The notes beneath the pieces were generated by a model. It worked only from the letters and a program-made list of their open reading frames with translations. It was not told where the DNA came from and made no database searches. This document shows positions 10,256-20,414 of a stretch of DNA of 64,000 nucleotides, piece by piece. The stretch is from NCBI GenBank assembly GCA_047627915.1, contig JBLHTZ010000009.1, positions 3,055-67,054 of the forward strand, written 5' to 3'. This DNA is from Vicingaceae bacterium. Lineage in GTDB: Bacteria > Bacteroidota > Bacteroidia > Flavobacteriales_E > Vicingaceae. A program made the position numbers and the translations under genes. Each line of letters starts with the position of its first letter. Position 1 is the stretch's first letter.

Positions 10256-10277
10256 TTAGAGTAAAATAGTAGCATTC

Positions 10278-11168
10278 ATGACAGAAAGAATTGAAGTATT
10301 GAAAACATTCAAAATATACATCAACGGAAAATTTCCTAGAACGGAATCAGGTCGTTATTACGTACCTGAGAACCCTAAAAGGCAAGGCCTGGGTAATATT
10401 TGTTTGTGTTCTAGAAAAGACGTTAGAAACGCTGTGGTTGCTGCTCGTAAGGCTCAAGAATCTTGGGCTGTTAGATCAGCTTACAACAACAGTCAAATTT
10501 TATACAGAATTGCAGAAAATTTGGAAAGCAGAAAATCTGAGTTTGTTGAATTGGTGGTTAAAGAAGAAGCGATTTCATCCAATAAAGCAAGTGCGATTGT
10601 AGAATCATCTATTGATCGTTTAATCTATTTTGCAGGCTGGAGCGATAAGTTTCAGCAATTGTTTAGTAGTGTAAATCCAGTAGCCAGCAGCCACTTTAAC
10701 TTTTCTATGGCGGAACCAACAGGGGTTGTTACTTCTATTTGTGGAAAGGGAGTTATGTTTAAAGGGTTGGTTTCTGCCGTTGCTGCCACTATATGTGGAG
10801 GGAATACTATTGTTATTTTAGCCAATGAAAATGGTCCTTTATCGGCTATTAGTTTTGCTGAGGTACTGCAACATTCGGATGTTCCTGCAGGGGTAGTTAA
10901 TATTTTAACAGGTAAAAGTGCGGAATTAGAAAGTCATATGGCTTCGCACATGGATGTGAACGCCTTACTTTTGTTGGGTTATTCAACGAAAGAAGCCATT
11001 CAGCTTGAAGCGTTAGCAACCGAAAATTTAAAAAGAGTTCGCTCTTGGTCTGCAGAGAAGGTAAACTCCGATGAAGTGGAAAATCCATATTCGATACAAG
11101 ACTTTTTAGAAACGAAGACTACTTGGCATCCAGTGGAGCAAATTGGTGGTGCAACTGCGGGATATTAA
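10278..11168 (+). CDS. aldehyde dehydrogenase-family protein lacking the catalytic domain
   Basis: Compared by eye with the intact ALDH at 48707..50176. The two can be matched through the cofactor-binding half: GVVNILTG vs GVVNIVTG, and DVNALLLLGYS vs DVNKIAFTGST. After ENLKRV it passes through a short stretch straight to a C-terminal tail (NPYSIQDFLETKTTWHPV). No ELGGK or catalytic-Cys segment is present. 296 aa. Confidence 0.75.
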   Translation: MTERIEVLKTFKIYINGKFPRTESGRYYVPENPKRQGLGNICLCSRKDVRNAVVAARKAQESWAVRSAYNNSQILYRIAENLESRKSEFVELVVKEEAISSNKASAIVESSIDRLIYFAGWSDKFQQLFSSVNPVASSHFNFSMAEPTGVVTSICGKGVMFKGLVSAVAATICGGNTIVILANENGPLSAISFAEVLQHSDVPAGVVNILTGKSAELESHMASHMDVNALLLLGYSTKEAIQLEALATENLKRVRSWSAEKVNSDEVENPYSIQDFLETKTTWHPVEQIGGATAGY

Positions 11169-12935
11169 ATGTTAACTACTCCGGTAATACTGCTCCTAGC
11201 AACAATTGTGTTTTTATTGTCAGCCCTCTATTTGGAGTGGTTTAAACCTACAGTTTCTTTTTTTATAGCTATTCTAGTTTTCATATTTGGAGGAATATTA
11301 ACTCCAGCGGAAGCTTTACATGGTTTTGCAAATGAGCAGCTAGCAGTTATTGTATTGCTATTAATCATTAGTGATATTTTTAAGAAGTCGTCCGTTGTGA
11401 ATGTTCTGTTTCAACGTCTTTTTGGTAGAAGTGAGAATGTAAGTTCCTTTAAGTTGGGCATGATGACCGTGGTAGCTTCATTTTCAGCCTTTTTTAATAA
11501 CACCCCTTTGGTAGCTATGATGATGCCATATACCAATAATTGGGCAATTAAAAATAAAGTGGCGCCCTCTAAACTACTCATCCCATTGTCTTACGCAGCA
11601 ATTTTGGGAGGTTGTGCAACCTTAGTCGGAACAAGCACTAATCTAATTGTAAATGGGTTAGCGATAGATGCAGGTTTCGAGTCGCTTTCGATTTTTGATT
11701 TTACGGCTGTTGGTTTACCAATGATGGTGGTTGGAATTATTTACCTGCTATTGTTTGGAAATAAATTATTGCCGGACACCCGTTCTGCTGAAGTGACTGG
11801 TACTAAAGCGAATCGAGAATTTTTTGTTGAAACGCAAATTAAATCTAATTCTAAGCTTATTAATCAAACGGTAGAATCTTCTGGATTTAGAGCACTTAAA
11901 GGACTGTACTTAGTAGAAGTTGTGAGAAACGAATTGAGCTTTAGTCCGGTTGCTCCTAATTTTGTTTTACAAGAAGACGACGCTTTGTTTTTTGCTGGAG
12001 AGACAAAAGCTTTGGAAGAAATAAAAGAGGGCAGTCTAGGCTTAACACTTCCTAAAATTGTCGATCGTTTGTTAGGAGGGAAGTCGAGCACCAATGAAGT
12101 CGTGGTTTCATTTAACTCATTTTTGATTGGTAAGAAGGTGAAAGAAACAGATTTTAGGGCTCGATTTGATGCTGCTATTGTTGCCATTCATAGAAACGGA
12201 GAACGATTGTCTGGCAAAATTGGTGACATGGAATTAAAAGCTGGAGATGTGTTACTAGTTTTTAGCGGGAGTAATTTTGTTTCAAGGGCAAAGAACAATA
12301 GATCTTTCTATATTTTGAGTCACACAGAGGAGCCTAAAGATATTAATGTTATAAAAGTAACATTGGTCTTTTCTGCCTTGGTCTTTTCTGTTATACTTTC
12401 TGCTTTCTCCTCAGTATCATTATTACTTTGCTTGGCGTGTGTATTGCTTTTGGGGATTTTGCTTAAAATAATGCCGTTGAATGAGATTCGTAAGGGGTTA
12501 GATTTTGATTTAATTATTTTAATTGCGTTTGGTTTAGCTTTCGGAAAAGCAATGAATAATTCAGGAGCATCAAATTATTTGGCCAAAGGGTTTTTGCTTT
12601 TACAGAACTACCTTAGTCCAACTTTATTCCTGATGCTTATTTTCATTATCACTAACATTTTGGCCGCATATATAACCAACAAAGCAGCTGTTGCAATTCT
12701 TTTCCCTATTTCGGTTTCTATCGCCATGCAATTGAGTTTAAACCCAATTCCATTTATTTTAATCGTTTCGTTTGGAGCTGCCGCTAACTTTATCACGCCA
12801 ATTGGGTATCAGACTAACTTAATGGTATATGGCTCTGGAGGCTATAACTTTAAAGACTTTATGAGAGTAGGGTGGCCGCTGACGTTGATCTATATGGTAG
12901 TCAGTGCTTTAATATTAGAAACTGTTTACTTTTAA
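11169..12935 (+). CDS. SLC13/DASS-type permease with central TrkA-C (RCK_C) domains
   Basis: Multiple TM helices on each side of a soluble segment of about 170 aa containing two RCK_C-like repeats. The start abuts the upstream stop (TAAATG). Confidence 0.85.
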   Translation: MLTTPVILLLATIVFLLSALYLEWFKPTVSFFIAILVFIFGGILTPAEALHGFANEQLAVIVLLLIISDIFKKSSVVNVLFQRLFGRSENVSSFKLGMMTVVASFSAFFNNTPLVAMMMPYTNNWAIKNKVAPSKLLIPLSYAAILGGCATLVGTSTNLIVNGLAIDAGFESLSIFDFTAVGLPMMVVGIIYLLLFGNKLLPDTRSAEVTGTKANREFFVETQIKSNSKLINQTVESSGFRALKGLYLVEVVRNELSFSPVAPNFVLQEDDALFFAGETKALEEIKEGSLGLTLPKIVDRLLGGKSSTNEVVVSFNSFLIGKKVKETDFRARFDAAIVAIHRNGERLSGKIGDMELKAGDVLLVFSGSNFVSRAKNNRSFYILSHTEEPKDINVIKVTLVFSALVFSVILSAFSSVSLLLCLACVLLLGILLKIMPLNEIRKGLDFDLIILIAFGLAFGKAMNNSGASNYLAKGFLLLQNYLSPTLFLMLIFIITNILAAYITNKAAVAILFPISVSIAMQLSLNPIPFILIVSFGAAANFITPIGYQTNLMVYGSGGYNFKDFMRVGWPLTLIYMVVSALILETVYF

Positions 12936-13041
12936 GTTGAAGAACATAATTAAATAGGCTTCAGTGCTTAGCATAATATAATTTGTATAAAGCGCCAATT
13001 TTTACTAAATACGAATTAGTCCTTTTTTAAAAGTACATCAT

Positions 13042-13074
13042 AAAAAAAGGGCTTCAACAGATGTCAAAGCCCTT
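13042..13074 (-). terminator. intrinsic terminator downstream of infB
   Basis: Minus strand: aagggctt/aagccctt stem followed by a run of seven T, about 25 nt after the infB stop. Confidence 0.6.
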
Positions 13075-13096
13075 ACTATTTTAATGAATTGTTTTA

Positions 13097-15922
13097 TTAC
13101 AGTGTTTGTTTCACTTCCACTTCTTCGTAAGCTTCAATTATGTCTCCTTCTTTAATGTCGTTGAACTTATCAATGTTCAATCCACATTCGTAACCTCTAG
13201 CAACCTCTTTCACATCGTCTTTGAATCGTTTTAATGATCCTAACATTCCTGTGAAAACAACAATTCCGTCTCGAATAACTCGAATCTTATTGTTACGATT
13301 TATTTTACCATTTGTAACCATACAACCAGCAATAGTACCAACTTTAGATATTTTGAATGTTTCTCTAATTTCGACAGTTGCAGTGACCTGCTCTTCAATT
13401 TTAGCTTTTAACATTCCTTCCATTGCAGATTTCAATTCTTCAATTGCATCGTAGATGATAGAATATAATCGAATGTCGATTTCTTCAACTTCAGCAATCT
13501 TTCTAGCACTAACTGAAGGTCTAACTTGGAATCCAATAACAATCGCATCAGATGCTGCAGCTAACATAATGTCGGATTCGGAAATTGCTCCTACAGACTT
13601 GTGAATAATGTTCACTTGAATTTGTTCTGTAGAAAGTTTCAACAATGAATCGGAAAGTGCCTCAATAGAACCATCCACATCTCCTTTCACTATAACGTTT
13701 AACTCTTGGAAATCGCCAATTGCAATTCGTCTTCCAATTTCATCAAGCGTAATGTGTTTCTTAACTCTTGTTCCTTGCTCTCTCTGTAACTGAAGACGTT
13801 TAGTAGCTATGATTCTTGCTTCTCTCTCGTCGTTCATAATGTTAAATGTATCACCTGCACTAGGTGCTCCACTTAAGCCAAGAACAGATACAGGAATTGA
13901 TGGACCTGCTATTTTCACTTCTTGTCCACGTTCGTTAAACATGGCTTTAACCTTACCTGAATGTGGCCCTGCTAAAATAACATCTCCTACTTTCATGGTT
14001 CCGCTTTGAACTAATAGCGTAGAAACATAACCTCTACCTTTATCTAATTCAGATTCAATAACTGCACCTTTTGCATTCTTGTTCGGATTTGCTTGTAACT
14101 CTAATAATTCGGCCTCAAGTAATACTTTTTCAAGTAATTCTTCGACACCTTGTCCTGTTTTCGCAGAAACCTCTTGCGATTGGAATTTACCACCCCATTC
14201 TTCTACTAATATATCCATTTGAGAAAGTTCATTTCTCAAATTATCTGTATTAGCAGCATCTCGATCTACTTTGTTAAATGCAAAAATAATTGGAACGCCT
14301 GCTGCTTGAGCGTGGTTAATTGCTTCTTTTGTTTGAGGCATAACGTTATCATCTGCTGCAATAACAACAATAACGACATCGGTTACCTGCGCACCCCTTG
14401 CTCTCATCGCTGTAAAGGCTTCGTGACCTGGTGTATCTAAAAAGGTAATTCTTTTACCATTTTTAAGTCCCACGTTGTAGGCTCCAATATGCTGTGTAAT
14501 TCCTCCAGCTTCACCTGCAATAACATTTGCTTCGCGAATGTAATCCAATAATGATGTTTTACCATGATCTACATGACCCATTACAGTAACAATCGGATAA
14601 CGCTCAACTAAATCTTCTGGATTATCTGCAACTTCTTTTACATCTTCTTGAAAATCAGCTTTGATAAATTCTAATTCAAAACCAAATTCTTCTGCAACTA
14701 TAGTTAATGTTTCGGCATCTAGTCGTTGGTTAATCGAAACAAAAAGACCTAGAGACATGCAGGCCGATATTACTTCATTTACGTTAACATCCATCATCGA
14801 TGCTAATTCGTTTGCAGTAACAAATTCTGTTACTTTAAGAATGCTTTTTTGCAATTCTGCTTCTTCCGCTTCTTGCTGTGCTACATCTGCCGCTGCATCT
14901 CTTTTTTGTCTTCTGTATTTGGAACCCTTTGACTTTCCACCTCCACCTGTCAATCTTGCAAGAGTTTCTTTAATTTGCTCTTGAATTTGTTTGTCAGTCA
15001 ATTCTACGTCCGGCACTTTTTTCTGACCTACGCCGCCACCTTTTCGGTTGCCACCGACACCCGTGCCACCGCCACCACCGCCACGAACAGGTCTTCCGAC
15101 ACCGCCACCGCCTGCAGGCGCAATTCGTTTTCTCTTGCGCTTTGGTTTTTGGGTTTCTTTATTTTGAGATGAAGAAGCAACTGGTTTCTTCTCAACAGGG
15201 AGTTCAATTTTTCCAAGAACTTTAATTCCCTCTAATTTGCCTACGGCTGTTTTTATTTCTTGAGGTTTTGCTGCTTCAATTGCTGCAAGTCTCTTTCCCT
15301 CTGCTTCTTCAACTGATAGCTTCGCTGCAATCTCCTCTTGTTCCTTCTTTTTAGCTGCTGCTTCTGTACTGGCTAGTTTGTCAGCTTCTTTCTTCGCTTT
15401 TTCTTGCTCAGCTTTTGCTAGCTTCTCTGCTTTAGCTTCTGCCTCTTGGTCTTTTTTCGACTTCTTGTCAGGTCGAGTTTTCAGATTCATCGACGACAAA
15501 TCGATTTTTCCTAAAACTTTTACTTTTCCATCATCCGTATTTTCAGCAGGTAGGATCTCAATTTTATTCGCTTCTTTTTCTTCTATTACCGGTGGTGCTT
15601 CAGCAATCTCGTCGGCGGGAATATTCTTAATTAGAATACTTTCGTCTTCATTTTCTGCTGCAGGAGTTTCATCTATATCAGCTTTGTTACCTTCTATAGA
15701 AACACTTTCTCTGTCAGTGGATGGCATGCTGACATTCTTAGACTCTTCCTTTGCTCCTTTGTCAGAAGCAAACTCTTGACTAACTATGTCATACACCTCA
15801 GCATCCAACTTCGTATTTGGTTTAGCGTCTATGGTTACTCCTTTTGTTTCAAGGAAGTCAACAATAGTGCTAATACCAACGTTGAGCTCTCTGGCAACTT
15901 TACTCAGTCTTTGTACGGCCAT
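13097..15922 (-). CDS. infB: translation initiation factor IF-2
   Basis: G-domain motifs [17 protein letters not shown] and NKVD. Long Lys/Glu/Ala-rich and Gly-rich N-terminal region. 941 aa. Confidence 0.97.
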   Translation of the reverse strand: MAVQRLSKVARELNVGISTIVDFLETKGVTIDAKPNTKLDAEVYDIVSQEFASDKGAKEESKNVSMPSTDRESVSIEGNKADIDETPAAENEDESILIKNIPADEIAEAPPVIEEKEANKIEILPAENTDDGKVKVLGKIDLSSMNLKTRPDKKSKKDQEAEAKAEKLAKAEQEKAKKEADKLASTEAAAKKKEQEEIAAKLSVEEAEGKRLAAIEAAKPQEIKTAVGKLEGIKVLGKIELPVEKKPVASSSQNKETQKPKRKRKRIAPAGGGGVGRPVRGGGGGGTGVGGNRKGGGVGQKKVPDVELTDKQIQEQIKETLARLTGGGGKSKGSKYRRQKRDAAADVAQQEAEEAELQKSILKVTEFVTANELASMMDVNVNEVISACMSLGLFVSINQRLDAETLTIVAEEFGFELEFIKADFQEDVKEVADNPEDLVERYPIVTVMGHVDHGKTSLLDYIREANVIAGEAGGITQHIGAYNVGLKNGKRITFLDTPGHEAFTAMRARGAQVTDVVIVVIAADDNVMPQTKEAINHAQAAGVPIIFAFNKVDRDAANTDNLRNELSQMDILVEEWGGKFQSQEVSAKTGQGVEELLEKVLLEAELLELQANPNKNAKGAVIESELDKGRGYVSTLLVQSGTMKVGDVILAGPHSGKVKAMFNERGQEVKIAGPSIPVSVLGLSGAPSAGDTFNIMNDEREARIIATKRLQLQREQGTRVKKHITLDEIGRRIAIGDFQELNVIVKGDVDGSIEALSDSLLKLSTEQIQVNIIHKSVGAISESDIMLAAASDAIVIGFQVRPSVSARKIAEVEEIDIRLYSIIYDAIEELKSAMEGMLKAKIEEQVTATVEIRETFKISKVGTIAGCMVTNGKINRNNKIRVIRDGIVVFTGMLGSLKRFKDDVKEVARGYECGLNIDKFNDIKEGDIIEAYEEVEVKQTL

Positions 15923-15958
15923 ATAATTTTTACTCTAGTTTACTTGTTATTGTTGAGT

Positions 15959-17200
15959 TTATTCAAACTCAGACTTAAATATATTTCGAACTTCCTTAAT
16001 CGTTTCTTCCTCTAAGTCAGTTCTTTTTAATAACTCATCTTCTGATAACTCTAAAACATTTTTTGCGGTGTCGCAACCAATAGCTTTTAATTCATCTATA
16101 ACCCAAGCTTCAATTTCATCAGCAAATTCATCTAACAAAACATCATCGTCTGGCTCATTTTCAACATTATCACGATACACATCAATTTCGTAACCGGTTA
16201 ATTTTCCTGCCAACTTAATGTTGTGTCCACCTCTACCGATTGCCAAAGAAACTTGGTCTGGAGAAAGGTAAACTTCCGCTTTTCCATTCTCGTCGTCTAA
16301 TTTAATAGAAGAAACTTTTGCAGGACTAAGCGCCCTCGTAATGTACAATTGGTTGTTTGAAGTAAAATTGATTACATCGATGTTTTCATTTTTTAATTCA
16401 CGAACAATTCCATGAATTCTAGAACCTTTCATACCGACACAAGCTCCAACAGGATCAATTCGGTCGTCGTAAGATTCAACAGCCACTTTAGCTCTTTCTC
16501 CTGGCTCACGAACGATATTCTTAATGGTAATAAGCCCATCAAAAATCTCAGGAACTTCCATTTCGAATAATCTTTCTAAAAAGACTGTTGATGTTCTTGA
16601 AAGCGTAATCAACGGTTTGTTGTTACGCATTTCAACTTGCTTTACAACTGCTCTAATGTTGTCACCTTTTTTGAAATAGTCATTCGGGATTTGTTCTGTT
16701 TTTGGTAAAATTAATTCGTTGCTTTCATCGTCTAAAATCAACAGTTCTCTTTTCCAAACTTGGTACACCTCTCCAGTAATAATATCTCCAACTCTATCTT
16801 CATATTTCTTGAAAATATTGTCTTTTTCCAACTCTAATACTTTAGAAATAAGATTTTGACGCAATGCTAATACTGCTCTTCTTCCAAAGTCATTTAATTT
16901 AACTTCTTCAGATGCCTCTTCTCCAACTTCAAAGTCGGGCTCAATCTTAATTGCCTCAGAAAGTGCAATTTGACTATTCTCGTCTTCTACTTTTCCGTCC
17001 TCAACAATTTCTCTGTTTCTCCAAACTTCTAAATCTCCTTTATCAATGTTTAGGATGATGTCAAAATTTTCGTCTGAACCATATTTTTTGATGATCATAT
17101 TTCTGAAAACACTTTCCAGAATGTTCATCATGGTTGGTCGGTCAATGTCTTTGAATTCTTTAAATTCAGAAAACGATTCGCTTAAATTTATCTTATCCAT
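15959..17200 (-). CDS. nusA: transcription termination/antitermination factor NusA
   Basis: S1 and tandem KH regions (GACVGMKGSRI, IGRGGHNIKLA). Located between rimP and infB. Confidence 0.95.
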   Translation of the reverse strand: MDKINLSESFSEFKEFKDIDRPTMMNILESVFRNMIIKKYGSDENFDIILNIDKGDLEVWRNREIVEDGKVEDENSQIALSEAIKIEPDFEVGEEASEEVKLNDFGRRAVLALRQNLISKVLELEKDNIFKKYEDRVGDIITGEVYQVWKRELLILDDESNELILPKTEQIPNDYFKKGDNIRAVVKQVEMRNNKPLITLSRTSTVFLERLFEMEVPEIFDGLITIKNIVREPGERAKVAVESYDDRIDPVGACVGMKGSRIHGIVRELKNENIDVINFTSNNQLYITRALSPAKVSSIKLDDENGKAEVYLSPDQVSLAIGRGGHNIKLAGKLTGYEIDVYRDNVENEPDDDVLLDEFADEIEAWVIDELKAIGCDTAKNVLELSEDELLKRTDLEEETIKEVRNIFKSEFE

Positions 17201-17205
17201 AGTTC

Positions 17206-17673
17206 TTATTTGAAAGATATTACCACTTTAGTTTCTTTTACTTGCTCCATGGGAACGGTTTTATTTTCTATTACTATTTGTTTTTTCTTTTTGCCTTCAA
17301 TTTTCTCCTTTCGCGTAATTTCAAGTACTACGGCGTTCTCATCTGCCGATATTAATATTCCTTTTATTTTATCGCCTTCCGTAGTTTTCATTTCTACTTC
17401 TCTACCAACATAACGCTGATATTGGCGTAAAATCTTAAATGGCTGATCCATTCCTGCGGAACTTACAGTAAGCTCAAAGTCGACTTCCTCTCTGTCGTAA
17501 TTGCCTTCTATGTGACGGCTAATTTGGACGCAGTCATTAATTTTAACTCCTTTATCTCCATCAATTTCAACTCGAATTTGGTTGGACGAACTCACCGAAA
17601 CATCTACAATGTAGTACTCTGTTCCTTCTATTTCCTCTTCTACTAATTTTACAATCTCAGGCTTTGTAATCAT
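17206..17673 (-). CDS. rimP: ribosome maturation factor RimP
   Basis: About 155 aa from the ATG at 17673, in the conserved rimP-nusA-infB order. The 19-codon upstream extension in the ORF track covers a terminator hairpin and is unlikely to be coding. Confidence 0.85.
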   Translation of the reverse strand: MITKPEIVKLVEEEIEGTEYYIVDVSVSSSNQIRVEIDGDKGVKINDCVQISRHIEGNYDREEVDFELTVSSAGMDQPFKILRQYQRYVGREVEMKTTEGDKIKGILISADENAVVLEITRKEKIEGKKKKQIVIENKTVPMEQVKETKVVISFK

Positions 17674-17691
17674 CTCCAACAATTGTTTTAT

Positions 17692-17716
17692 AAAAAGAGG
17701 GGACGAATGTCCCCTC
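17692..17716 (-). terminator. intrinsic terminator/attenuator hairpin in the rimP leader
   Basis: Minus strand reads GAGGGGAC-attc-GTCCCCTC followed by TTTTTAT. This is an 8-bp GC-rich stem in an AT-rich region, ending 18 nt upstream of the rimP ATG. Confidence 0.7.
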
Positions 17717-17742
17717 CTAATTAATTCCAACTAAATTCTGTG

Positions 17743-17750
17743 CAAAAGTA
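17743..17750 (-). promoter_or_regulatory. -7 promoter box TACTTTTG upstream of the rimP leader hairpin
   Basis: Exact TAnnTTTG match on the minus strand, located between the stop of the upstream gene (17783) and the hairpin. Confidence 0.4.
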
Positions 17751-17782
17751 GTAAAATTTATACGATTAATCTATGTCTAGGG

Positions 17783-18556
17783 TTAAATCTTAAAGCTAAG
17801 ACCAATAGTTATACCTATCATTTCAACATTTTGGTCGTACTCGAAAAATTCGGTAGGGCCTGAACTAGCTCCATTAATAGAATAATTTACAGCGATATTT
17901 TTAAATTCATGAGCGGCCCTGAGGTAGTCTATCCCAATGTTAAAGAAGGTAGTTTGGTTTATTTCTGCTACAATGGAAGCGCCTACGATAAAGTTTAGCG
18001 AGTTTGTAGTAGAGCTGCTTTGACTAAGAATTTCAGTAGTTCTGCCGTCAGTTAACGTTATGGTAAAGCTGGGAGCACTCAAATTTTGAACTCCTAAACC
18101 AAACTTGGTAAGAAAGTACGTTTTTGCATCAATAGCTGTTCTAGTTCCTACTGCTGCATTTAAAGTTTTACCATTCCAATTTTTGCTTGTCGCAGAAACC
18201 CTTACGAATGCAGGTACTGCATTCGTAAGGGGAAGTAGTAATTCATCTTCGTCAACTGGATTAGAAGAATATCCACCTTCAATAAGTAAGTAAAAGCTTT
18301 CTGTAAAAAGATATTGTAAATTAGCATTTAACTGAATTCCTGCCTTTGCAAGACCTGCTTTTTCGTTATTAACATCAATTTCACCAAATTCGCCAATAGG
18401 AATAGTGGGTCCTATCTTAAAACCGAATAGAAGCTTAGAACCTGAAAAGCTTTTGAATGCTTCGTTATCAGGAAGGCCTTTATTTTCTCTACTTTGGCTT
18501 ATTCCAAATTGACATAAGAGAAGAAATAATAGGAGGGCTGTTAGATTTTTTTTCAT
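17783..18556 (-). CDS. hypothetical outer-membrane beta-barrel protein
   Basis: Signal peptide MKKNLTALLLFLLLCQFGISQ followed by an amphipathic beta-strand pattern. No recognisable catalytic motif. Confidence 0.55.
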   Translation of the reverse strand: MKKNLTALLLFLLLCQFGISQSRENKGLPDNEAFKSFSGSKLLFGFKIGPTIPIGEFGEIDVNNEKAGLAKAGIQLNANLQYLFTESFYLLIEGGYSSNPVDEDELLLPLTNAVPAFVRVSATSKNWNGKTLNAAVGTRTAIDAKTYFLTKFGLGVQNLSAPSFTITLTDGRTTEILSQSSSTTNSLNFIVGASIVAEINQTTFFNIGIDYLRAAHEFKNIAVNYSINGASSGPTEFFEYDQNVEMIGITIGLSFKI

Positions 18557-18562
18557 CCTTTA

Positions 18563-20284
18563 TTAATTGTCATCTGCATTACTAATCTTTTGACCTTTCT
18601 TGTATTTTACGATTTGCTTTATTTTTCCAGCTTGCTTTTCATAAAAAGTAAAATTACCATGGGGGATTCCGTTAACGTAATTTTTTTCACTCTCTAAGGT
18701 GCCTATGTCATAATAACTCGTCACCTTTCCGTTGATTCTCCCTTTGTCATAGTTAGTTTCCATCATTTTCTGACCATTATCGTGATAGTAAATCCATAAC
18801 CCGTCTTGCTTGCCTTCCGAGTAATTTCCTTCATCTCTTAAATTGCGATTACCATACCAGCTTTTTCTAATACCATGTAATAACCCATTTTTATAAGATT
18901 CTTCTAGTTCTTTTGTCCCGTTGTCGTTCCAGTAGGTCCAAGTCCCGTCTTTTTTGTTGGCTAAATACGCACCAATGTAACGTTGATTGCCATTTGGAAA
19001 CCACCCTTTCCAGGATCCAGACATTTCTCCGTTAATATAGAAGCCATCATCTTGAGCACTTTTGTCAGAAAAGTAAGTGTTCCATTTACCATCTTCCAGC
19101 CCATTATTGTACTTCCCTGTGATGATTAGTGTTCCATTTTCATGAAAGATATTCCAAAGGCCATCTTTTTTATCGCTTAGGAAACTTCCATTTTTCCATT
19201 CTTCTCCAGTTTCATAATAGTATAACCAAACTCCATTACGTTTTCCATTTTCAAAGTTCCCGACTGATAAAATCTGGTCTTTATTGGCATAATAGTACTC
19301 CCACTTCCCATCTTGTGTATCTTCTTTGAATTCACCTTTCATATCAGCTAATCCATTTTCGTGATACCACTCCCATTCGCCAGTTTTCTTGCCATTTAAA
19401 AATGCGCCTTTTTCAGCTAGCATACCCTCGTTAAACCATGCGGTATATTTTCCGGTAAGCATTCCCTCGTTATAGGTTTTTTCAGCTTTTTTATTTCCGT
19501 TTTCATAATAGTCTTCCCAAATACCATGCTTTTGACCAAGTTTGTAATTTCTTACTTGACTTAATTTTCCATTTTCTTGGTAGTATTTCCAAGTTCCATC
19601 TTCTTTTCCTTTTGTATAGTGGATTTCTGATGTCAACAGACCATTATCATAATACTCTTTCCAAGTGCCATGTTTTCGGCCTTCAGTGCACTCTCCTGTG
19701 GCTTTTACTTTTTTATTGTCATAATATTCAGACCACTTTCCTTCGCCATTTTTCACTAAAAATTTACCGGCTGAATTATAGAAATTAAGAACTCTTTCTC
19801 CTTCATTGTAATTCACAACTTTTTTCAATTGCCCGCTGGCATACCAATACTTCCAATCATTAACTCTAACATCGGTATTGTATGTCCCTTCATATTCTTT
19901 AGTGCCATTTTCATGGAAACTGGTCCACAAACTATCTTGGTATCCGTTGTTATAAAAGCCAGTCATGGCTGGTTTTCCATTTTCGAAATAAGTTTGGAAG
20001 CTACCGTCTCTTTTGGCATCTCTAAAATTTCCCTTTTCACTTAGTTTTCCATTGTCAAAATAGTGCTCATAATTCCCGTCAATTGTACCAAAACTGTAGT
20101 TTACTTTTTGAGTTAAGATCCCTTCCTGATTATAGTAGTTCCACTCACCTTCTTCAATGCCCCCTTGCACTAGACGACCTTTGGCTTTGGTTTTTCCATT
20201 TTCCCAAGTATAAGTAGTGAACTCTTGGGCATTAAGTGTAATTTGAAAGGAAAGGAGACTTATTATAAAAAGAATTAGTTTCAT
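18563..20284 (-). CDS. secreted MORN-variant (YwqK-like) repeat protein
   Basis: Signal peptide, then roughly twenty degenerate repeats of about 23 aa of the form G.W..YY.NG.....G.Y..G..DG.W. Confidence 0.8.
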   Translation of the reverse strand: MKLILFIISLLSFQITLNAQEFTTYTWENGKTKAKGRLVQGGIEEGEWNYYNQEGILTQKVNYSFGTIDGNYEHYFDNGKLSEKGNFRDAKRDGSFQTYFENGKPAMTGFYNNGYQDSLWTSFHENGTKEYEGTYNTDVRVNDWKYWYASGQLKKVVNYNEGERVLNFYNSAGKFLVKNGEGKWSEYYDNKKVKATGECTEGRKHGTWKEYYDNGLLTSEIHYTKGKEDGTWKYYQENGKLSQVRNYKLGQKHGIWEDYYENGNKKAEKTYNEGMLTGKYTAWFNEGMLAEKGAFLNGKKTGEWEWYHENGLADMKGEFKEDTQDGKWEYYYANKDQILSVGNFENGKRNGVWLYYYETGEEWKNGSFLSDKKDGLWNIFHENGTLIITGKYNNGLEDGKWNTYFSDKSAQDDGFYINGEMSGSWKGWFPNGNQRYIGAYLANKKDGTWTYWNDNGTKELEESYKNGLLHGIRKSWYGNRNLRDEGNYSEGKQDGLWIYYHDNGQKMMETNYDKGRINGKVTSYYDIGTLESEKNYVNGIPHGNFTFYEKQAGKIKQIVKYKKGQKISNADDN

Positions 20285-20414
20285 TTTTTCTTGCTATTTA
20301 CAGCAAACTTATAGCTAATATTCAGTGAAATTTGGGAAGCAGGGGTTGAATTATAAACATTGAATTCTTATCGCTTTTTCTGTGACAAGAGAATAAAATT
20401 TATATTTACCGAAC

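Noticed and set aside
14661-15779. Several plus-strand ORFs of 60-133 aa inside infB (for example 15378..15779)
   Set aside because: They lie antisense to the low-complexity Lys/Glu/Ala- and Gly-rich region of IF-2. Their Ser/Ala/Phe-rich translations are the mirror image of that bias, not independent genes.
17674-17730. Upstream TTG start for rimP (174-aa version)
   Set aside because: The extension is encoded by the GC-rich terminator hairpin and its U-tract. The ATG at 17673 gives a RimP of typical length.
18563-20284. MORN/YwqK-like proteins as antitoxins of a toxin-antitoxin or polymorphic-toxin system
   Set aside because: No deaminase, nuclease or other toxin-like ORF lies adjacent to either copy (18563..20284 or 59357..59779). 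Both proteins carry export signals, which is inconsistent with a cytoplasmic immunity protein.
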